A DNA stretch of 64,000 nucleotides from Bdellovibrionota bacterium. GTDB lineage: Bacteria; Bdellovibrionota_G; JALEGL01; JAGRMV01. Made by a program: the position numbers and the translations under genes. Numbering within the stretch: the first letter of the stretch is position 1; each line of letters begins with the position of its first letter. The stretch lies in contig JAWKOC010000004.1 of the NCBI GenBank assembly GCA_041391365.1, forward strand, positions 82,804 through 146,803. The letters are read 5' to 3'. Below, piece after piece: positions 57,302 to 64,000 of this stretch. The notes under the pieces are model-generated. The model saw only the letters and a list, made by a program, of their open reading frames with translations, had not been told where the DNA came from and ran no database searches.

Positions 57302-58219
57302 TTATTCGTACCTTATTCTTGGATCAATAAATCCGTAGACCACATCGACCAAGAGATTCAAGATCAACAGGAATGCGGAATATACAATTACAATGCCCAT
57401 GATGAGAAAGTAGTCTCGGTTGAAAGCCGCATCCACAAAATACGGTCCCAAGCCGGGAGTATTGAAAATTTTCTCCACCACAACACTACCCACCATGATG
57501 TTGGCAATGGCGGGGCCCAAAAAGGTGACCACAGGAAGAATTCCACCTTTGAAGGCGTGTTTCCAGATGACCACTTGTTCTTTGAGTCCTTTGGCCCGAG
57601 CGGTTCGAATGAAGTTTGCGCGAATGACTTCGAGCATCCCTCCACGAGTCAGTCGAGCAATGTACGCCGCATAGATGGTTCCCAAGGTGATGGCAGGCAA
57701 AATCAAGTGTTTTGCACTTCCCCATCCCCCTGCAGGCAACCACAAGAGATAGAGAGCAAAGAAGAGAATCAACAAGGGTCCAAGCACAAAGGAGGGAAGA
57801 CTGATCCCCACCATGGCCAAGGACATGGCCGAGTAGTCCCATTTGGTGTTTTGTCGAACGGCACCGACCACACCTGCGGTCACACCCACAATCACCGCCC
57901 AGAGCAGAGCAAAAAAGCCGAGCACCATCGTTTTGGGCAAGCTGATCGCAATGATCTCATTCACGGTCCGCTGCGGATATTTGGTCGAAAGCCCCAAATC
58001 ACCGTGCACGATGTTGTTCATGTAGTTGTAAAATTGCTGGGGAAGTGGTTTGTCAAAACCATAGCGAGCTTCAAGATCTTTGAGAACCTCAGGTGGAACC
58101 TCACGCTCCTGAGAAAAGGGCGAACCCTTGGCCAATCGGATGACGAAAAAGGAGACAATAATGATCACAAAGAGTGTGATCACCATGCCCACCGATCGTC
58201 GTAAAATGAATTTCAACAT
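57302..58219 (-). CDS. oppB: Peptide ABC transporter permease (OppB type)
   Basis: 305-aa ORF starting MLKFILRRSVGMVITLFVIIIVSFFVIRL, with NFIRTARAKGLKE, typical of OppB/DppB. Confidence 0.85.
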   Translation of the reverse strand: MLKFILRRSVGMVITLFVIIIVSFFVIRLAKGSPFSQEREVPPEVLKDLEARYGFDKPLPQQFYNYMNNIVHGDLGLSTKYPQRTVNEIIAISLPKTMVLGFFALLWAVIVGVTAGVVGAVRQNTKWDYSAMSLAMVGISLPSFVLGPLLILFFALYLLWLPAGGWGSAKHLILPAITLGTIYAAYIARLTRGGMLEVIRANFIRTARAKGLKEQVVIWKHAFKGGILPVVTFLGPAIANIMVGSVVVEKIFNTPGLGPYFVDAAFNRDYFLIMGIVIVYSAFLLILNLLVDVVYGFIDPRIRYE

Positions 58220-58240
58220 GATTTTTTTCTCCCAGTGATC

Positions 58241-60118
58241 TTATGACCCGAATTTTGGTGTATCGTCAATCTCTTTTGTTGGAACTTCTTTGTACCACCG
58301 CTGATCGTTCCACATGAATTTCCAATTGTGGTGATCTTGGTAGTCTTTGTAGAAACCTTTGAGAAAGGGCTTTTTCAAATACGATCGTGTGTAGATATAG
58401 ATGGGAAGCACAGGAGCTTCATCCATCAAAATATCCACGGCTCGTGCGAAGAGTCCGTTCCGAACATCGTAGTCTGGCGTTCGGTTGGCTTCTTCGACCA
58501 ACGCATCATACTCGTGGTTGACCCATGCCGTGTGGTTGTTTCCACTGTAGGACATGTACAAATCCAAAAAGGTGTAAGGATCTGGGAAGTCTCCGATCCA
58601 ACCTTGACGAATCATCTGGAAGTTTTTGTTGTGCTGATCATCCAGATACACGCGCCATTCGACGTTCGTGAGTTCCACATCGATGTTCAGATTCACCTTC
58701 CACATCTGTTGCACAGCCTCGGCCAGCAAACGGTGCGTGTCTTGTGTGTTGAATTTCAGAGCGACTTTGGGGAAACCTTTTCCATTGGGGTATCCAGCCT
58801 CGGCCAAAAGTTTTTTGGCTTTTTCTGGATCAAACATTTTGCGAGGTGTGCTTTTGTATCCTGCCAGACCGTCTGGAACCACGTCGGTGGCGGGCTGTTG
58901 ACCTGCGGTCAGCACATAGGTGGTGAGCTGATCTCGATCCACCGCCAAACTCATGGCTTTTCGGACACGAACATCGTCAAAAGGTGGCTCCGTCACATTG
59001 ATGATGTACGTGTAGATGCCCAGATAGGGATCATTGTGGTAATCGGTGTATTGTTTGAGTGTCTCTGTGTATTCGGGAGGCAATTCTCCGGGGCCGATCC
59101 AGTCAAATTCTCCTGATCGGTAAAAATTTGCGCTGGTGGTTTCCTTTTCCACCATCAAGAGTTTCACAAGATCAGATCTCGTGCTGCGATCATCCCAATA
59201 GTAGGGATTGCGCGTGAAAATTTTGTACTGTCGGAATTTTTCCTCGGTCAGGCAATAGGCTCCTCCACACACGATGTACTCGGGACGAGTCCAATTGTCT
59301 GCGTTTCCAGTGGCTTTGAGGGCATGCTCCACGGCTTGTTTGGGGATCGGAGCAAAAATATCGAATTCTATCAACGCCAAGAAATAGAGAACCGGATCTT
59401 CCAATTCTACGTAAAAGCGTTTTTCATCCAGTGCATAGGCTTTGACCACGGAAGAATCCGTGACGGAGGCTTTGAGCTCCTGACCATTGACCAAAGCGCC
59501 ATTGTATTTCTCGATGAAAGCTTTTCGTTCGGCCTCTTCGTCAATGTAAACGTACATGCCGGGATGATCATCTGCGATTTCGATGTTGTATTCGTTCCCT
59601 TCGTTGAGAACCTTTTTGAGAGCCTCCTGATCGATGTTGGGGGCAAAACCGCGAACATGAACCGCTCGGTTGAAAAAAGGAGAGGAATCTTTGACCACAA
59701 GACCCAACGAGCCATACACAGAAGCTGTGGCAGGGTCGAGCAATCGCTTCCATGACCATTCCATGTCATAGGCGGTGATGGGAGTTCCATCGGACCATTT
59801 GCTGTCTCTCATGTAAAAGGTGTATTTTTTGGCATCGTCGGAGATTTCCCATCGTTCGGCTAAGTCTGGTACGGGCTGGTTGGTGATGGGGTGAATCTGA
59901 GTCAATCGAGCAAAAATGTTTCGGGTGATGTTTCCATCGGGTACGCCGTTGGTTTTGTTGGGATCGATCCACTGAGGCTCACTACGATTGTTGAGCCAGA
60001 TCTCGTTGGCCTTGTGCTGGGGCACCGTGGTTCCAAAATATTGAGTAGAGTCGAATGAGCAGGCCCCCAGGCTCAGACTCACAAAAGATAGCATAATTCC
60101 CGCCAAGATTTTATTCAT
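58241..60118 (-). CDS. oppA: Peptide-binding lipoprotein, family-5 solute-binding protein, paralog 1 (closest to the permeases)
   Basis: 625-aa ORF with the lipobox LSLGAC. All three paralogs share the start YFG..VPQH..NE.W.N and the C-terminal ...W.D.RWYKEVP. Confidence 0.8.
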   Translation of the reverse strand: MNKILAGIMLSFVSLSLGACSFDSTQYFGTTVPQHKANEIWLNNRSEPQWIDPNKTNGVPDGNITRNIFARLTQIHPITNQPVPDLAERWEISDDAKKYTFYMRDSKWSDGTPITAYDMEWSWKRLLDPATASVYGSLGLVVKDSSPFFNRAVHVRGFAPNIDQEALKKVLNEGNEYNIEIADDHPGMYVYIDEEAERKAFIEKYNGALVNGQELKASVTDSSVVKAYALDEKRFYVELEDPVLYFLALIEFDIFAPIPKQAVEHALKATGNADNWTRPEYIVCGGAYCLTEEKFRQYKIFTRNPYYWDDRSTRSDLVKLLMVEKETTSANFYRSGEFDWIGPGELPPEYTETLKQYTDYHNDPYLGIYTYIINVTEPPFDDVRVRKAMSLAVDRDQLTTYVLTAGQQPATDVVPDGLAGYKSTPRKMFDPEKAKKLLAEAGYPNGKGFPKVALKFNTQDTHRLLAEAVQQMWKVNLNIDVELTNVEWRVYLDDQHNKNFQMIRQGWIGDFPDPYTFLDLYMSYSGNNHTAWVNHEYDALVEEANRTPDYDVRNGLFARAVDILMDEAPVLPIYIYTRSYLKKPFLKGFYKDYQDHHNWKFMWNDQRWYKEVPTKEIDDTPKFGS

Positions 60119-60211
60119 AAATCGGCCTTATCATCTTCAAACTCAAATGCAAAGCCCATTTATGGGACAGTGTGAGAAAAAGTCTCTTCCTTTGGAGTAG
60201 AGTCTAAGTGC

Positions 60212-62125
60212 TTAAGATTTATAGGGTGTCTCATCCAAACGGGTTTGAGGGACCTCTTTGTACCACCGTGCATCGATCCACATGTACTTCCAGGGGTGAT
60301 AATCTTGCAGATCGTCATAGTGACCCATGAGATAGGGTTTTTTGATGGTTCCCTTGGTGTACACATACACAGGGATGATCGGACTTTCTTCAAGGGCAAT
60401 GGCTTCTGCTTGATTCATTTGTTTGAGACGATCGGCTACATTTCCTTCCCGATCCGAGCTGTGCATCAGCTGATCAAAAGCAGTGTTTTTCCAGTTTGTG
60501 ATGTTGGCCGTAGAATCCGAAAGAAGAAGCTGAAGAAAGTTTTGAGGATCTGGATAGTCTCCAATCCAACCCCCACGTGAAATTTGGTAAAAGCCTTCTT
60601 TTCGGTCATGCAAAAAGACTCTCCACTCCTCATTGACCAGGGAAACATCTATGCCCAAATATTTTTTCCACATTTGCTGAATGGCTTCGGCAATTTTTCT
60701 GTGTTCTTCGGCAGTGTTGTATTTGATTTCCAAGGTAGGAACCTTGTTGGCGGAAGAAAATCCGGCCTTTTTCAAATATTGTTTGGCTTTTTCGGGATTG
60801 AAAAGCTCAGTCTCTGCGCATGTGTATCCGGCCAAACCACAGGGAATCAAGTTCGCGGAGGGAAGTTGCCCGGCTCGAGTTACCTTTTCCACAATGGCTT
60901 TTCGATCGATGGCTAGACTGAGCGCTTTGCGCAGCCATTTGTTGTCCATGGGCTTGTTGGCCACGTTGATGTAATAATAATACATCACCAGTTGCGGCGT
61001 CAGTCGATAGTCTTTGTATTTTTTGATGTCATCCGCAAAAAAAGCAGGAACGGAAACATTGGATCCTGCCCAGTCCATTCCCCCGGTTCGATACACATAC
61101 AAAGAGGCATTGTAATCTTCGATCACCAAGACTTTGACCTTGGGAGTTTTGACGTATTTTGCATCGTAGTAAAGGGGGTTTTTTTCCAGGATTCGATACT
61201 GTTTGAATTTTTCTTCGATCAGTTTGTAAGGTCCACTGACCACCACATGTTCTGGACGAGTCCAGAGTTCTTCACGACCGGTTTTTTTCTTGGCTGCTTC
61301 GATCGCGTGAGCAGGTACGGGAGCAAAAATATGGTAGTCGAGCATGGACAAAAAATAGGGGAGTGGACCGATGAGTTTGGCCCAGATTCGATGATCGTCC
61401 AGTGCTTTGACCTGCACAACATCGTCTCGTGTCATTTCCATGGAGACCATGTCAAAAGGGTTCAGACCATGTTGCTGAACATGCTTGATCAACTGATCTC
61501 GATGCGCTGAAAGCTGCTCGGGTTCTCCACCCACAAATACAAAATAACCCGGAACATCTCCCAAAGCTTTTTCCACCCGGTCGATGGGGGCGATGGTTTC
61601 GAGCATGGATTGGATTTTCTCAGGCGATAGGTTCTTGTGGGGTGTTTTGAGGTGAAGACTTCGAGATGAAAAAGCTTCCGCATTCATGAACACGTTCGCA
61701 AGGCTTCCCGAGGTGGCTCCTGTGGAAGGATTGAGAACCCGTTTCCAACTCCACTCCACGTCATGGGCGGTGAGGGGTTTTCCATCCGACCATGTGGCAT
61801 CTTCTCTCAGATAAAAAATGTATTCGGTTCGATCTTTCGAGATGTCCCAGTGCGTGGCAAGATCAGGAATGGGCATGCCTGTCACGGTCGAGATTTCTAC
61901 CAATCGTGCCCACTGATTGCGCGCAAACTGGCTCCCCACAGAGTCATGAACCAAGGCCGGATCAATGAACTGCGGTGAACCTCCACCATTGATCCACAAA
62001 ATGTCAGCGGGGTGTTGAGGTACGGTTTTTCCAAAATATTCCGAGTCCAATGCCGAACTACACGCGCAAAGCCCAGCAAGCAAAAAAGGAGCAAGGGTCA
62101 AGCGATCAACGCGCAGAGGAGACAT
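60212..62125 (-). CDS. oppA: Peptide-binding lipoprotein, family-5 SBP, paralog 2
   Basis: ORF 60212..62140. The likely start MSPLRVDRLTLAPFLLAGLCAC is at 62125, which overlaps the 3' end of paralog 3 by about 20 nt. Confidence 0.8.
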   Translation of the reverse strand: MSPLRVDRLTLAPFLLAGLCACSSALDSEYFGKTVPQHPADILWINGGGSPQFIDPALVHDSVGSQFARNQWARLVEISTVTGMPIPDLATHWDISKDRTEYIFYLREDATWSDGKPLTAHDVEWSWKRVLNPSTGATSGSLANVFMNAEAFSSRSLHLKTPHKNLSPEKIQSMLETIAPIDRVEKALGDVPGYFVFVGGEPEQLSAHRDQLIKHVQQHGLNPFDMVSMEMTRDDVVQVKALDDHRIWAKLIGPLPYFLSMLDYHIFAPVPAHAIEAAKKKTGREELWTRPEHVVVSGPYKLIEEKFKQYRILEKNPLYYDAKYVKTPKVKVLVIEDYNASLYVYRTGGMDWAGSNVSVPAFFADDIKKYKDYRLTPQLVMYYYYINVANKPMDNKWLRKALSLAIDRKAIVEKVTRAGQLPSANLIPCGLAGYTCAETELFNPEKAKQYLKKAGFSSANKVPTLEIKYNTAEEHRKIAEAIQQMWKKYLGIDVSLVNEEWRVFLHDRKEGFYQISRGGWIGDYPDPQNFLQLLLSDSTANITNWKNTAFDQLMHSSDREGNVADRLKQMNQAEAIALEESPIIPVYVYTKGTIKKPYLMGHYDDLQDYHPWKYMWIDARWYKEVPQTRLDETPYKS

Positions 62126-64000
62126 ACAGTTTTTCGACATAGGGTCTGGGGTTGATGACAGTGGTAGGAACTTCCTTGTACCACCTTTCGTCGATGGACA
62201 TGTACTTCCACAAGTGGTGATTCAAAATATCTGGATAAAATCCCTGCACATAGGGTTTGATCATGTTTCCACGGGTGTACACATAGATCGGAATCGCAGG
62301 AACTTCTTCCTGGTAGATTTTTTCCGCATCCTGCATGAGTTGGTTTCGCTGTGCGGGATCGGTCTCTCGATCGGATTGTGCCATGAGTTTGTCGTAGGTT
62401 TTGTTTTTCCAGCCGGTGTGATTGTTTCCACTGTCGGAAATGAAAAGCTGCAAAAAGGTCTGAGGGTCGGGGTAATCTCCAATCCAAGCATAGCGATTCA
62501 TCTGGAAATTCATGTTTTCCATGTCCTGCAGGAGCACCTTCCATTCCATGTTCTCAATCTCAATGTGAATACCCAACTCTTTTTTCCACATTTGTTGAAT
62601 GGCTTCGGCAATTTTTCGGTGACCTTCTGAGGTGTTGTATTTGAGGGTTGTAACAGGGAATCCTTTTCCACCAGGGTATCCGGCCTTGGCCAAGTATTCC
62701 CGAGCCAATTCTGGATCGTAAATGGTTTTTTGGAAAATTTCATAGCCATTGAGTCCATCGGGCACTGGACTTGCCGAAGGAACCTGCCCCGCACGGGTCA
62801 CTTTATCCACAATGGCCTTTCGATCTACGGCCATGTGGAGGGCCTTGCGAACAAACTTGTTGTCAAAGGGTTTCTCGTTGACATTGAAGTTGTAAAAATA
62901 CACCGCCAAATTGCTCTCGAATTGGTAGTCAAGATAGTTTCCCATGGCATCGGCCAGTTCATTGGGGATCACACCTCCATAGTTCCAATCGATTTCGCCC
63001 GTTCGATACCAATAGAGTGAGCTGCTATAGTCTTGGTTCGCAAAGTCTTTGATTTTGTCTAGTTTCACAAAAGCCGCATCATGATAATAAGGATTTTTTT
63101 CCATGATCCTATACTGACGAAATTTTTCTTCCGTGAGTTTGTAGGGTCCGCTCACCACAATGTTTTCTGGGCGAGTCCAGAGCTCTTCTCTCCCCGTTTT
63201 TGCTTTCGTGGCTTCGATGGCATGTCGAGGAACCGGGCAGAATGAGGTGTGATCAATCATCGAAAGAAAATAAGGAATCGGACCGATCAGATGAACCTGA
63301 AGTGTATATGGATCTATCGCCGTAACTTGGACCACCGAGTCGTCGGTGATGTTGGCTTGCAAAGACGAATAACCCTCCAGACCTTGGTCATTGATGGTGC
63401 GAATCAACTGGTCTCGTAGAGCTTGCCGTTTGTTACCATCTTCCTCATGGATGTAGACAAACACACCTTCCACGTTCATGGCCGGTTGAATTTTTTCAAT
63501 GGGAGCTATGGTTTCCAAACTGGTTTTGAGGGCTTCGAGATCTGCATTTTTGGCCAGTCCTTTCAGATGAATGGCGCGAGAGTTGAAGGCCTCCCCGTTG
63601 CCAAACACATAGCCATAGGTTGCACTCACCGAGCCGGTTTTCGGATCCAGCAGTCGTTTCCAACTCCATTCCACGTCCGTGGCATTGAGCTCGCGCCCAT
63701 CGGACCACTTGAGATCTTTTCTCATGTGAAAGGTGTAGGAAGTTGCATCGTCGGAGATTTCCCAGCTTTGCGCAAGCGATGGAATGGGAACCTTGGTTTC
63801 GGGCATCAGGTCGATCAATCTCTCGAACATGTTGCGGCCGAACTCTCCCGACACGTTGTCGTGACCGCGCTGAGGGTCTATGTATTCGGGATCACTTCCC
63901 CCATTGACCCAAAGTTCATTGGGGCCGTGTTGGGGAACGACTTTTCCAAAATAGGTTTCATCTTTGAGAATGTTGCATGCAGACAACAACAACGAACCTA
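62106..64000 (-). CDS. oppA: Peptide-binding lipoprotein, family-5 SBP, paralog 3; N-terminal signal peptide runs off the right edge
   Basis: The track ORF 62106..63992 starts inside the lipobox (..LLLSAC NILKDETYFGKVVPQH). The frame stays open to nt 64000. Confidence 0.8.
   Translation of the reverse strand, partial: GSLLLSACNILKDETYFGKVVPQHGPNELWVNGGSDPEYIDPQRGHDNVSGEFGRNMFERLIDLMPETKVPIPSLAQSWEISDDATSYTFHMRKDLKWSDGRELNATDVEWSWKRLLDPKTGSVSATYGYVFGNGEAFNSRAIHLKGLAKNADLEALKTSLETIAPIEKIQPAMNVEGVFVYIHEEDGNKRQALRDQLIRTINDQGLEGYSSLQANITDDSVVQVTAIDPYTLQVHLIGPIPYFLSMIDHTSFCPVPRHAIEATKAKTGREELWTRPENIVVSGPYKLTEEKFRQYRIMEKNPYYHDAAFVKLDKIKDFANQDYSSSLYWYRTGEIDWNYGGVIPNELADAMGNYLDYQFESNLAVYFYNFNVNEKPFDNKFVRKALHMAVDRKAIVDKVTRAGQVPSASPVPDGLNGYEIFQKTIYDPELAREYLAKAGYPGGKGFPVTTLKYNTSEGHRKIAEAIQQMWKKELGIHIEIENMEWKVLLQDMENMNFQMNRYAWIGDYPDPQTFLQLFISDSGNNHTGWKNKTYDKLMAQSDRETDPAQRNQLMQDAEKIYQEEVPAIPIYVYTRGNMIKPYVQGFYPDILNHHLWKYMSIDERWYKEVPTTVINPRPYVEKLYVSSAR

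Noticed and set aside
57272-58204. 310-aa + ORF antisense to oppB. Similar long antisense ORFs were also noticed: 9264..10298, 15079..15876, 16989..17777, 25341..26069, 33690..34457, 41839..42495 and 58328..59116.
   Set aside because: Each lies wholly within a confidently identified gene on the other strand. Each has biased composition without motifs, typical of antisense shadows.

Overview
This is a 64-kb chromosomal segment from a Gram-negative bacterium, shown by Pal, CpoB/YbgF, Lnt, OmpA-type proteins and many lipoproteins. GC looks mid-40s % by eye. The lineage cannot be fixed from sequence alone; DUF11 repeats and a Cys-containing C-terminal sorting signal are reminiscent of Bdellovibrionota/Myxococcota-like organisms. 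The backbone is housekeeping: coaBC-coaX-panB, dcd, a rhomboid protease, folA-thyA, mutS, a cell-wall amidase, lnt-ybeY-phoH, proS, purB, eno, a deoxynucleoside kinase, rsmA-tsaD, cpoB-pal, nusA-infB-rbfA-truB, rpsO-pnp, ubiB, tRNA-Ser(GGA), and an oppABCDF-type peptide ABC transporter with three tandem binding lipoproteins. Accessory content, mostly visibly AT-richer than the backbone: (1) a 927-aa secreted HExxH protein, plus a remnant of another gene, wedged between truB and rpsO; (2) a DUF4143-type AAA ATPase between purB and eno, preceded by a perfect 51-bp palindrome; (3) a three-gene hipB-hipS-hipT type toxin-antitoxin locus next to the tRNA, with three 18-bp operators spaced exactly 40 bp apart; (4) a roughly 1400-codon DUF11-repeat surface protein gene whose six near-identical 381-bp repeats carry many 1-nt indels. 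The most novel item is a roughly 450-475 bp, highly self-complementary, modular intergenic element in three same-orientation copies (4527..4977, 10325..10797, 13603..14071). It has 28-34 nt terminal inverted repeats, a central terminator-like hairpin flanked by A and T tracts, and compensatory base changes between copies. Its termini abut stop codons, and two copies bracket a three-gene lipoprotein cluster. I do not recognise it as any named repeat or RNA family. No rRNA, CRISPR array, transposase or integrase was seen.
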